A DNA stretch of 64,000 nucleotides from an uncultured Pseudomonadota bacterium. Its GTDB lineage: Bacteria; Pseudomonadota; Gammaproteobacteria; Burkholderiales; JALYOK01. Shown in pieces: positions 1 to 8,556 of the stretch. Under the pieces are notes generated by a model. The model did no database searches. It saw only the letters and a list, made by a program, of their open reading frames with translations, and had not been told where the DNA came from. Position 1 is the stretch's first letter. The number at the start of each line of letters is the position of its first letter. A program made the translations under genes and the position numbers. Where the stretch lies: contig CADEHE010000006.1 of the NCBI GenBank assembly GCA_902826775.1, positions 37,238 through 101,237 on the forward strand. Direction: 5' to 3'.

Positions 1-138
1 AGGCATTGAACATGCTCTGCTGAACGATTTGTTCTCCCGACGCCGCTTGCAGCCGTGCCGCATTGGCTGCGATTGCGCCGGCGCTGCACAAGCAGGCGGC
101 CAATGCGGCGCCTACTCGGCGTGAACGATTCGAGCGGC

Positions 139-519
139 TCATTGCCGCGCTCCATCTGTTTGCAGCGGCTTCATCAAGCGGTCGATCTCGGCGAACTGAA
201 CATCCGCTCGCGCGGCGAGCCCCTTAACTGCGTCCTCAAGCGCAGCTTGATCGCGCAGACCGTTAAGCTCGTACAGATGAGCGCCCGCGCCGAGCGAACG
301 CGCATAGCCGACGCGCACACCGCAAGTCTTCTCCAGGTCCAAGAGCGTTGCCGCCGTATTTACCGGTGCGCTCGGATTTTTGAATTTGATGATGACGCGG
401 CCGATCAGGTCGCCTGGGGCTGCGGCGGTGGTGGTCTGCGCCACGCAGCCGCTCAAGGGACCGGCGATGGCAGTGAATGCGGCGGCAAAGCTGAGCAAAC
501 GCCTGCGCGGAGCGTGCAT
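139..519 (-). CDS. Small lipoprotein, protease-prodomain (inhibitor I9)-like by eye; last gene of the T2SS operon
   Basis: 126-aa ORF. ATG at 517-519 lies 12 nt after the gspF stop and is preceded by GAGGG. The N-terminus MHAPRRRLLSFAAAFTAIAGPLSGC ends in a lipobox (LSGC). The body (RVIIKFK...HLYEL...VQFAEIDRLMKP) resembles subtilase propeptides. Confidence 0.55.
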   Translation of the reverse strand: MHAPRRRLLSFAAAFTAIAGPLSGCVAQTTTAAAPGDLIGRVIIKFKNPSAPVNTAATLLDLEKTCGVRVGYARSLGAGAHLYELNGLRDQAALEDAVKGLAARADVQFAEIDRLMKPLQTDGARQ

Positions 520-531
520 TGTGAGCCCTCG

Positions 532-1752
532 TTAGCGTACCAACTGGTTTATCTCAAAAATCGGCTGCAGAATCGCAAGCACGATCAACAATACTACACC
601 GCCCATGAACAGAATCATTAGGGGTCCAACAAGCGAGGTCAAGACCGAGACGCGGTTCTCCACTTCCATGGTCTGCGTGCTCGCCACGCGATCCAGCATT
701 TCGTCCAGCTTGCCGCTGGATTCGCCGCTGGCGATCAGATGCACCATCACCGGCGGGAAGGTCTTGGTGCTGCCGATGGAGCGGCTCAAGCTCGCGCCCT
801 CACGCACGCGGCGCTCCGTTTCCTCCAATGCGCGCTTCATCGGCAGGTTGTTCACTACGCCGACGCCCGCTTGCAACGCGGTGAGCAGCGGCACGCGGCT
901 GCCGACCAAGATGGCGAGCGTGCTGGCTAAGCGCGCGGTGTTCAGGCCGCGCGTCAAGCGGCCGATGAGCGGCAAGCGCAGCACGAAGCTGTGCCAGCGC
1001 ATGCGCAATGCCGGTTGCTTGATGGCGCGCGAGAACAACCAAAGCCCGGCGACGATGCCGATCAGCCAGTAAATGCCTGTGGCACGCAGAAAGTCGCTCG
1101 CGGCGATCATTGCGCGCGTCAGCAGCGGCAATGTCTGGCGCGTGTTTTCGAATACTTCTATGACTTTTGGCACGACGTAGGTCAGCAAAAACGCGGTCGC
1201 GCCGACCGCGACGCACAACACAATTGCCGGATAGACCAGCGCGAGAATGACCTTCATGCGCAGCGCATGGCGCGCTTCAGTGTAGTCGGCTAAGCGCGTC
1301 ATCACCTGCGCCAGTTGCCCGGATTGCTCGCCGGCATTGACCAGCGTGCGATAAAGATCAGGAAACACATTTGGAAACTGCGCCATGGCGCGCGACAAAG
1401 TTTGTCCGGCGAGCACCTCGCCGCGCACGCCTGCCAACACGTCGCGGCTAAACTGCGATTCGGTTTGCTCGATGAGCGCGTTCATGGTTTGCTCGACCGT
1501 CAAGCCGGCGCCGAGCAGTGTGGCGAACTGGCGCGTCAACAAACTGAGTTCGGCGGCGGCCATGCGCCGGCGCGAGCGGCGCTTGACTGGCTCGCTGGCG
1601 TTGCTGGCGCTCGCGGTGAGGCTTTCGACCTCAATCGCCGTCAGACCTTGATCGCGCAGTGACGCACGCACTTGGCGCGGACTGTCGGTTTCGACTACGC
1701 CCTTGTGCAGTTTGCCTTGGGCGTCTACCGCGTGATAGCGAAATCCGGCCAC
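532..1752 (-). CDS. gspF: Type II secretion system inner-membrane platform protein GspF
   Basis: The ORF track gives 532..1836, but that start overlaps gspE. A GTG at 1750-1752 is preceded by AGGAG and gives VAGFRYHAVDAQGKLHKG..., a typical GspF N-terminus. Two GspF repeats and three TM segments are visible. Confidence 0.9.
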   Translation of the reverse strand: MAGFRYHAVDAQGKLHKGVVETDSPRQVRASLRDQGLTAIEVESLTASASNASEPVKRRSRRRMAAAELSLLTRQFATLLGAGLTVEQTMNALIEQTESQFSRDVLAGVRGEVLAGQTLSRAMAQFPNVFPDLYRTLVNAGEQSGQLAQVMTRLADYTEARHALRMKVILALVYPAIVLCVAVGATAFLLTYVVPKVIEVFENTRQTLPLLTRAMIAASDFLRATGIYWLIGIVAGLWLFSRAIKQPALRMRWHSFVLRLPLIGRLTRGLNTARLASTLAILVGSRVPLLTALQAGVGVVNNLPMKRALEETERRVREGASLSRSIGSTKTFPPVMVHLIASGESSGKLDEMLDRVASTQTMEVENRVSVLTSLVGPLMILFMGGVVLLIVLAILQPIFEINQLVR

Positions 1753-1768
1753 GGCAGGGTCTCCTCGA

Positions 1769-3274
1769 CTAGCCTCGAGTGACGCGCAACACTTCTTCGA
1801 ACGTGGTGACGCCTTCGGCCACCCAGCGCAAGCCATCGCCGCGCAGCGTCGACATGCCGCGTCTGGTGGCGTACTGGCGTAGCTGCGCCTCGGAGACCGT
1901 GTCGTGGATCATGCGGCGTACTTCGTCGTCGACCGTGAGCAATTCGTAAATTCCAGTGCGCCCCTGATATCCGGTCCAATTGCAGGCGGCGCAGCCGACC
2001 GCGGCGTAGATCACCTCGGGCACCGGCCCGCCGTTGAATGCTGCGCGTTCGGCCGCATCGGGCGCGTGCTCCTTGCGGCATGCCGTGCAAACCCGCCGCA
2101 CCAAACGCTGCGCCTGAACGCCCAGCAAGCTGGATGCGAGCAAGAACGGTTCCACGCCCATGTCGACCAGGCGCGTGATCGCGCCGGCCGAATCGTTGGT
2201 ATGCAGCGTCGCGAGCACGAGGTGGCCGGTCAAGCTCGCTTGCACTGCGATTTGCGCCGTCTCTAAATCGCGGATTTCGCCGATCATGATGACATCCGGG
2301 TCCTGCCGCAGAATGGCGCGCAGCGCGCGCGCGAAAGTCATTTCGATGCGCGCGTTGACTTGTGTCTGGCCGATGCCGTCGAGGTCGTACTCGATCGGAT
2401 CTTCCACTGTCATCATGTTGAGTTGCGTCGCATCCAAGCGCGACAGCGCGGCGTACAGCGTGGTGGTCTTGCCGGACCCCGTTGGCCCGGTGACCAGCAC
2501 GATGCCGTGCGGCTGCTGTATCAGAAGATCGAGTTGACGCAGCGCTTCGGGGTTCATGCCGAGGCTGTCGAGTTGCAGGCGCCCGGCTTGTTTGTCGAGC
2601 AAGCGCAGCACCACGCGCTCGCCGTGGCCGGTGGGTAAAGTCGACACGCGTACGTCGACGGGCCGCCCGGCCAAGCGCAACGTGATGCGTCCGTCTTGCG
2701 GCAAGCGCTTCTCTGCGATGTCGAGCTGCGCCATGATCTTGATGCGCGATACCAACGCCGCATGCAGCGCACGCGGCGGTTCCAGCACATCGCGCAGCGC
2801 GCCGTCGACGCGCAGGCGCACCACCGAGCGCGTCTCAAACGCTTCGAGATGAATGTCAGAAGCGTTCGCGCGCAAGGCTTGCGTCAGCAGCGCGTTAATT
2901 AGGCGAATGATGGGCGCGTCGTCCTCGGATTCGAGCAGATCGGTGATCTGAGGCAGCTCTTGCGCGAGCTGATTGAGGTCGATGTCTTGGCCGATATCGC
3001 CGATAAGTTGCTGCGCGGCGTTGTCGCTGCGCGAGTACACCTGGCCTAACAGTTGAGCGAAGCGCTCTTCCTGCACCACGATAGGATGCAGCGGACGGCG
3101 CAACAACCTGCGCACTTCTGCGAGCGAATTCGGATCCAAATCCGGTTTTACCCAGATCTCGATACCGGCGTTGGTATCGCGCGCGGCGATGATGCCCTTG
3201 GCTTTTGCGAAGTGATAAGGGATCTGCCGCGAGATGTGCGGGTCGGGTGCGCTCAACAGGTCAGCGCTGGCCAT
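1769..3274 (-). CDS. gspE: Type II secretion ATPase GspE
   Basis: 501 aa. Walker A GPTGSGKTTT, Asp/His boxes, C-terminal tetracysteine (CTACR...CAAC) and an N1E-like N-terminus. Confidence 0.95.
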   Translation of the reverse strand: MASADLLSAPDPHISRQIPYHFAKAKGIIAARDTNAGIEIWVKPDLDPNSLAEVRRLLRRPLHPIVVQEERFAQLLGQVYSRSDNAAQQLIGDIGQDIDLNQLAQELPQITDLLESEDDAPIIRLINALLTQALRANASDIHLEAFETRSVVRLRVDGALRDVLEPPRALHAALVSRIKIMAQLDIAEKRLPQDGRITLRLAGRPVDVRVSTLPTGHGERVVLRLLDKQAGRLQLDSLGMNPEALRQLDLLIQQPHGIVLVTGPTGSGKTTTLYAALSRLDATQLNMMTVEDPIEYDLDGIGQTQVNARIEMTFARALRAILRQDPDVIMIGEIRDLETAQIAVQASLTGHLVLATLHTNDSAGAITRLVDMGVEPFLLASSLLGVQAQRLVRRVCTACRKEHAPDAAERAAFNGGPVPEVIYAAVGCAACNWTGYQGRTGIYELLTVDDEVRRMIHDTVSEAQLRQYATRRGMSTLRGDGLRWVAEGVTTFEEVLRVTRG

Positions 3275-5636
3275 GGCGTCTCGACCTTTGCCGCTCTGGT
3301 TTCTTCGCTGCCGGCTTGGCGGACTTGGCCTTCGCCGCCGCGGGGGCTGTTTCGCTAGCGGACGTAGTCGCGGGCGCTTTGGGCGCCGACAGCATCAAGT
3401 TATCAGAGAAGCCGCCGCCGCTCGGCGTAGCCGCGCCCGGCAGCAATTCGCGCGGCTGCGTTGGATCGGTGGCGGGTTGTGTCGAAGCGGCGGGGGCTTG
3501 CTCACTCTCATCGCCGAGGCGGCGCGACATTGCCAAAGACGCGGGATCCCGCGGTGCTGGCCCGGCCTGCGGCTTAACGGCGTCGGGTTTGATTTGCGCA
3601 GCCAACCTTGGCCCGAACAGCGGGTCGAGCTGCGGCAATTGCGGCGTCTCCATATTCGGCAACAACCAATGATCGGGCACGCGCCCCTTGGCTTGTTCGT
3701 TGCGGATGTAGTCGTAGCGCTCGTTGGTGATCGGGCCAGGGGAGAGATTGTCGCGCAAGACAATCGGACGCAGGAAAACCATGAGATTGGTTTTCTTGCG
3801 CTGGCGCGTTTCATATTTGAACAGATTACCCAGAATCGGGATGCTGCCGAGCCCGGGGACCTGATCGCGCCGGTTCTGCACGTCGTCTTGAATCAAACCG
3901 CCGAGCACGACAGTCTGCTGGTCATCCACCAGAACGGTTGATTCGATCGAGCGCTTGTTGGTCACGACGTCGGCGGTCGAAACGCCGGCGGCCCCAGTCA
4001 AGCTGGAAACTTCCTGGAAGATTTTCAGTTTAACAGTGCCGCCCTCAGCCACTTGCGGGGTCACCCGCAACGTCAAGCCGACGTCGCGCCGCTCTATGGT
4101 TTGGAATGGGTTGACCCCGGCACCGGTGGTTTGCGTTTGTGAGAAGCTACCGGTCACGAACGGCACGTTTTGACCGACCACGATCTTGGCTTCCTCGTTA
4201 TCGACGGTGAGCAAGTTTGGCGTCGACAAAATGTTGGTGTTCGCGCGTGACTCGAGCGCGCGCGCGAGCATGCCCAGATTGAGCACTTCGCCGACGCCCG
4301 GGATGCTGATTCGTCCTTTAACCACGCCGATGTTCAGTCCGGCGCCGACGTTGGCCAAATTGCCCGAGGTCGAGATGATGTTGTTGCCGCGGCCCGCGGT
4401 GCTGAAATTGGTGCCGCCGATCGCGGTCAAGTTATTGTCGGCCGCTCCAGATAAATCTTGCCACTGCACACCGAACTCCGCCGCTTGGTCGGTGGATACT
4501 TCCGCGATTAACGCTTCAATGAATACTTGCGCGCGCCGTGCATCGAGCTTTTCGATGACGGCGCGAATGCTGTTGTAAACGTAGTCCGGCGCCGTAATGA
4601 CCAGCGAGTTGGTGGAGGGATGCGCTTGTATGCTGCCACCGCCGGACGAGGCGGGGATGCTGATCGATGGCACCGGCCCCGCCGTGGCGGGCTGACCCGG
4701 CTGGCCCGGTACCGGCTGCGGCGTGGATACGACGGGACTCGCTGCACCGCCGCCGCCGCTACTGGCGCCAAGTATTCCGCGCAGGGTCTCGGCCACCTTG
4801 GCTGCTTCGGCATTGCGCAAATAGATGACGCGGATGTTGCCGCCTTCGGCTGAGGGCACGTCCATGCCCGCAACCAGTTGCTTGACTTTGGCGATCGTTG
4901 CCGGCGTATCGGCGCGCACAATGAGGCCGTTGGTGCGCGAGTCGACGGCGAACACGAGTTTCGGCAGGCCGCCGGGAACCGCAGTGGGCGCCGAAGCTTC
5001 GGGCATCAAGCGCGACAACAGCTGGGAGATGTCTTGCGCCGAGGCGTGCTCAAGCTTGATGAGTTGTATCTCCGCGGAGGAAGCCACGTCAATGGAGCTA
5101 ATGATCTTATCGATGCGGCGCAAGTTTTCCGCATAGTCGGTGATGACCAGCGTGTTGCTGTTCGGATAGGCGTTGATAACGTTGTTTGGGGCGATAAGCG
5201 GGCGCAGCACCGGCACCAGTTGTACCGCCGATTCGTGCTTCAAGGTGTAAACCTGAGTAACGATGCGGTCGCCACCTGCGGGGCTCTTGCCGCCGGTCGG
5301 GCTGTAGGTGAGTTTGGCGTCAGCCTCCGGCAGAACCTTGACTACGCCGTTACTGCTCTCGATCGCGGTAAAACCCTGCATGCGCAATGCTGACAGCAAC
5401 ACCGGGTAGACCAAATCGCGCTGCACCGGATTCGCCGAGATGATGTTGATGGTGCCGGTGACGCGCGGATCGAGAATGAAATTCTTGCCGGTTATCATGC
5501 CGATGGTCTTGATCACCGAACGAATATCCGCGCCGTCGAAATTCAGAATCACGGTGTCCGGTTCCTGGGCAGGGCGCGCGGCGAAACAGGTAGCCGCGAG
5601 AAGTAAGGCAAGGGCAATGCGCTTGGCAAACAGCAT
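3261..5636 (-). CDS. gspD: Type II secretion secretin GspD with a long low-complexity C-terminal tail
   Basis: 791 aa. Signal peptide, N0-N3 domains (ILNFDGADIRSVIKTIG...) and secretin core (VLGGLI...PGLGSIPILGNLF). Overlaps the gspE start by 14 nt. Confidence 0.93.
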   Translation of the reverse strand: MLFAKRIALALLLAATCFAARPAQEPDTVILNFDGADIRSVIKTIGMITGKNFILDPRVTGTINIISANPVQRDLVYPVLLSALRMQGFTAIESSNGVVKVLPEADAKLTYSPTGGKSPAGGDRIVTQVYTLKHESAVQLVPVLRPLIAPNNVINAYPNSNTLVITDYAENLRRIDKIISSIDVASSAEIQLIKLEHASAQDISQLLSRLMPEASAPTAVPGGLPKLVFAVDSRTNGLIVRADTPATIAKVKQLVAGMDVPSAEGGNIRVIYLRNAEAAKVAETLRGILGASSGGGGAASPVVSTPQPVPGQPGQPATAGPVPSISIPASSGGGSIQAHPSTNSLVITAPDYVYNSIRAVIEKLDARRAQVFIEALIAEVSTDQAAEFGVQWQDLSGAADNNLTAIGGTNFSTAGRGNNIISTSGNLANVGAGLNIGVVKGRISIPGVGEVLNLGMLARALESRANTNILSTPNLLTVDNEEAKIVVGQNVPFVTGSFSQTQTTGAGVNPFQTIERRDVGLTLRVTPQVAEGGTVKLKIFQEVSSLTGAAGVSTADVVTNKRSIESTVLVDDQQTVVLGGLIQDDVQNRRDQVPGLGSIPILGNLFKYETRQRKKTNLMVFLRPIVLRDNLSPGPITNERYDYIRNEQAKGRVPDHWLLPNMETPQLPQLDPLFGPRLAAQIKPDAVKPQAGPAPRDPASLAMSRRLGDESEQAPAASTQPATDPTQPRELLPGAATPSGGGFSDNLMLSAPKAPATTSASETAPAAAKAKSAKPAAKKPERQRSRRHGQR

Positions 5637-5647
5637 GGGTTGGACCC

Positions 5648-6556
5648 TTATTGTTGGACGTTGTAAGTTAACTGCAATGGTCGTCCCGCGCGCGTGCCGG
5701 AAATGTTGACGCGTTCGGTATCGTCAAATTCTTGATAGAGCCGCATCAGATCGGCGGGCGAATTGACCGCTTGGCCGTTGACTTGCCTGACCACGTCGCC
5801 CAGCTGCAGCCCAAGCCGTTCGGCCAAACTGCCGGGCGGCACTTCTTCGATGGACACGCCGCCGCCGGGTGCGGTGCCGACGCGGCCTAGGTTCGACAGC
5901 TGCGCTGTGTCTTGCAGGGCGTTTTGCAGTTGATTGCGCGAAAAGCTCAAGACATTGGGGGCAACCGGCTGCACATTTAAGCGGAACTGCGGCGATGCGG
6001 CCTGCGGCATGTTCTGCGGCTGCCCCAGCGCAGCGGGTTGCGGTCCGCTGCCCCCGGCTGGGTACTGCGGGAAGGAAACTTTCTCCTGCGCACCGCCTCG
6101 ATTGATGATGACGTGGTCGCCGAATACACCTTGCAGCATGACGCCGGGCATCAGCTGGTCGCCGACGCGAAAGCCGAGTTCCTTGCCGTCGACGATCAGG
6201 ATGGCATGAGCCAAGGCGGCGCCCTGCTCGGCGAAAACGCCTTTGAGTTGAACGTTAAGCGTGGTCGGCACGACGACTTGCTGCTGCACCGGCGCGGGCG
6301 CATTGGCGTCGCCGAATAGGCCGGTTACGTTTCCGGGATCGAAGCTCACCGCCGCGCTTACAGGCGCGGCGACCGGCGGTGGCACGGCTTTGGGTTGCAG
6401 GAAATACCAAATCCACTGCGCCAGCAGCCAGCAGAAATACACCAGCAGCGCGAGTGTGAGCAATGTCGGCCAGCGCCGCGCGAACCAACCGCGCCCGCCC
6501 TGCAGCGCAGAGCCGGCAAGCGCGGCGCGGCGCTGTGAAAGATCTAGTGCGGCCAT
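5648..6556 (-). CDS. gspC: Type II secretion protein GspC (TM anchor, HR domain, C-terminal PDZ)
   Basis: Start chosen at MAALDLSQRR. One TM segment (WPTLLTLALLVYFCWLLAQWIWYF). HR-like region (LQLKGVFAEQG...HVIINRGG). PDZ (GVSIEEVPPGSLAERLGLQLGDVVRQVNGQAV). Lies 11 nt upstream of gspD. Confidence 0.75.
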   Translation of the reverse strand: MAALDLSQRRAALAGSALQGGRGWFARRWPTLLTLALLVYFCWLLAQWIWYFLQPKAVPPPVAAPVSAAVSFDPGNVTGLFGDANAPAPVQQQVVVPTTLNVQLKGVFAEQGAALAHAILIVDGKELGFRVGDQLMPGVMLQGVFGDHVIINRGGAQEKVSFPQYPAGGSGPQPAALGQPQNMPQAASPQFRLNVQPVAPNVLSFSRNQLQNALQDTAQLSNLGRVGTAPGGGVSIEEVPPGSLAERLGLQLGDVVRQVNGQAVNSPADLMRLYQEFDDTERVNISGTRAGRPLQLTYNVQQ

Positions 6557-6681
6557 AACCGGGAAAAGCTCTCGCGGTGCGTTGCATGCATCCAGTAGAG
6601 ACCGTGCTTCGTATAAGAGGTTGCAGTGCGCTGGCGTTCGGCGCCGGCCATGTTCCCGCAATCAACTTCTGGAGAGTGTCT

Positions 6682-8205
6682 ATGCATACGACGAAGCAAC
6701 TGAAGTATCCGTTGACCTGGTGCGCAGCCGCACTGCTGCTGGGCGCCGGAATACAAGCACCGCCTGGCCAAGCAGCAAGCCACCGGGAGGCGCCGTTCAT
6801 CACTACCATCCCGAAAGTGGATGGCACCGATTTCTACATGTTTCGCAGTTACGAACCTGGCCGCCAAGACTTCGTTACCTTCATCGCTAACTATCAGCCT
6901 TTCCAGACGGCCTACGGCGGGCCGAATTTCTTCACGCTCGACCCCAACGCGCTTTATGAAATCCACGTGGATAACAACGGCGACGCGAAAGAGGATCTAA
7001 CGTTCCAATTCCGCTTCAAAGTGGAACAGCGCGATATCGCTTTGGATATCGGCGGCAAGCGCGTCGCCGTGCCGTTGGTCAATGTCGGGCAGATCACGCA
7101 GCCCGATCCTAGCGCATCTATTTTGAATGTTCGTGAAACTTACAGCGTCAACGTAGTGCGTGACGGCCGGCGCAATGTTGGCAAGCGCCAAGCGCTCACG
7201 CATGCCACTTCCGGCGCCAGCGAATTTCTCAAGCCGGTCGACAACATCGGGGCCAAATCGATTCCAAACTACGCTCAGTATGCCTCGCAACATGTCTACC
7301 CTATTAACATACCAGGCTGTGCCCAACAAGGTAAAGTGTTCGTGGGGCAGCGCAAGGAATCATTTTACGTAAATCTAGGCGAGGCATTCGACCTAATCAA
7401 CCTGAACCCCTTGGGCGGGCGCAATGCCGAGCCCAACATCTTGGGTGATGACAATATCACGAGCCTAGCCCTTGAGGTTCCAATTGCTTGCCTGACTAAG
7501 GGGAACGATCCGGTTATCGGCGCTTGGACCACGGCCTCGCTGCGCCAAGCGCGACTGCTCGACCCGAGCCCTCGCGCCACCAGCGACGGCGCTTCACGCG
7601 AGGGCGGCGCGTGGACTCAGGTTTCGCGCTTGGGCATGCCACTGGTGAACGAGTTGGTGATTGGCCTAAAGGACAAGAATCGCTTTAACCACAGCAAGCC
7701 AGCCAGTGACGGGCAGTTCTTGGACTACGTTACCAACCCGACGCTGCCGGCGCTAATCCAGGTGTTGTTCAATGTTCCGCCACCGGCTACGCCGCGTAAC
7801 GACCTCGTGACAGCCTTTCTCACCGGCGTGCCTAACGTCAACAAACCTGCGCAAGTGGTCCCGGCAGAGATGTTGCGCCTGAACACGGCGATACCGGCCA
7901 CTGCAGCCGCGCAGCAGAACGATTTGGGTGCGTTGCAGTGCTTCCTCAATGGCGCGCTAACGCTTAGCAATCCGGGTTGTGATGCGGCAGGATTTCCCAA
8001 CGGCCGCCGTCCGATCGACGACGTGACCGACATCACCTTGCGCGTCGCCGAGGGGATCTTGCTGCCTGGACACCTGGTTGCCATCGAAAACCTTACCGAT
8101 GGCGCACAACTGCCCGGTGCAGCGGGCGGGGCCGGCGCAAGCCAGGATTTCGGCACCGGTTTCCCGTATCTGAACGCGCCGATCGCCGCTTCGCCGGCCA
8201 ATTGA
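6682..8205 (+). CDS. Secreted DUF4331 family protein
   Basis: ATG at 6682 after GGAGAG. A signal peptide is followed by the mature N-terminus SHREAPFIT, which I recognise as the DUF4331 hallmark. About 507 aa. Confidence 0.85.
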   Translation: MHTTKQLKYPLTWCAAALLLGAGIQAPPGQAASHREAPFITTIPKVDGTDFYMFRSYEPGRQDFVTFIANYQPFQTAYGGPNFFTLDPNALYEIHVDNNGDAKEDLTFQFRFKVEQRDIALDIGGKRVAVPLVNVGQITQPDPSASILNVRETYSVNVVRDGRRNVGKRQALTHATSGASEFLKPVDNIGAKSIPNYAQYASQHVYPINIPGCAQQGKVFVGQRKESFYVNLGEAFDLINLNPLGGRNAEPNILGDDNITSLALEVPIACLTKGNDPVIGAWTTASLRQARLLDPSPRATSDGASREGGAWTQVSRLGMPLVNELVIGLKDKNRFNHSKPASDGQFLDYVTNPTLPALIQVLFNVPPPATPRNDLVTAFLTGVPNVNKPAQVVPAEMLRLNTAIPATAAAQQNDLGALQCFLNGALTLSNPGCDAAGFPNGRRPIDDVTDITLRVAEGILLPGHLVAIENLTDGAQLPGAAGGAGASQDFGTGFPYLNAPIAASPAN

Positions 8206-8219
8206 AAGGAGCGATCCCA

Positions 8220-8456
8220 ATGACAACGCGCATCGAATCGGCAACAGCTTTGCGTCTGTGCTGGATTGCTTTACTCGCGATCGGTCTGGCCGGGTGCGGA
8301 GGCGGAGGCGGGGGCGGCGGCCAAGCGGCGGCGCCCAACTTCGTCAGCGACGTGCAACGGGTGGTGAGCAGCAGCGCGGATGACACGGAGCCGGTGGAAC
8401 TCGCTGCCGATACCAGCGCTGATAGCGGGGCGGACGCCGAGCCGCTGTCACTCTAA
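8220..8456 (+). CDS. Small acidic lipoprotein with a Gly8 linker
   Basis: AAGGAG sits 8 nt before the ATG at 8220. Lipobox LAGC is followed directly by GGGGGGGG. 78 aa. The gene begins 15 nt after the DUF4331 stop. Confidence 0.55.
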   Translation: MTTRIESATALRLCWIALLAIGLAGCGGGGGGGGQAAAPNFVSDVQRVVSSSADDTEPVELAADTSADSGADAEPLSL

Positions 8457-8477
8457 GCGCCACCGGGTGTTGTGTTG

Positions 8478-8522
8478 CAAGGAAGGTTGAACGTAAAGTT
8501 CAACCTTCCTTGTGTTGTGTTG
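8478..8522 (+). terminator. Strong hairpin plus U-rich tract between the lipoprotein and TPR genes (terminator or attenuator)
   Basis: Perfect 15-bp stem CAAGGAAGGTTGAAC / GTTCAACCTTCCTTG with loop GTAAA, followed by TGTTGTGTTG. Flanked by the direct repeat TGTTGTGTTGC. Confidence 0.6.
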
Positions 8523-8556
8523 CGCTATTTGCCGCCACTGCTGGCTAGAGTCGACC

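Noticed and set aside
1-103. Possible start of another minus-strand gene downstream of the lipoprotein (frame reading ...LAACLCSAGAIAANAARLQAASGEQIVQQSMFNA)
   Set aside because: Only about 34 codons are visible, with no clear start codon or RBS. There is not enough evidence to call it.
55-621. 188-aa plus-strand ORF at the left edge
   Set aside because: It overlaps the lipoprotein gene and the gspF 3' end on the opposite strand. Its composition is Arg/Cys-rich with no motif.
532-1836. Track start of gspF at 1836, and similar maximal-ORF starts for gspC (6661), DUF4331 (6577), TPR (8512), GGT (27836), the TRAP binding protein (35525), ilvE (46754), HAD (46825), the HzsA-like gene (51284) and the dehydrogenase-like gene (45264)
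   Set aside because: The maximal ORFs begin with non-homologous, often Arg-rich leaders or overlap the upstream gene. Internal ATG or GTG codons with good Shine-Dalgarno sequences give N-termini typical of the families, and these were used instead.
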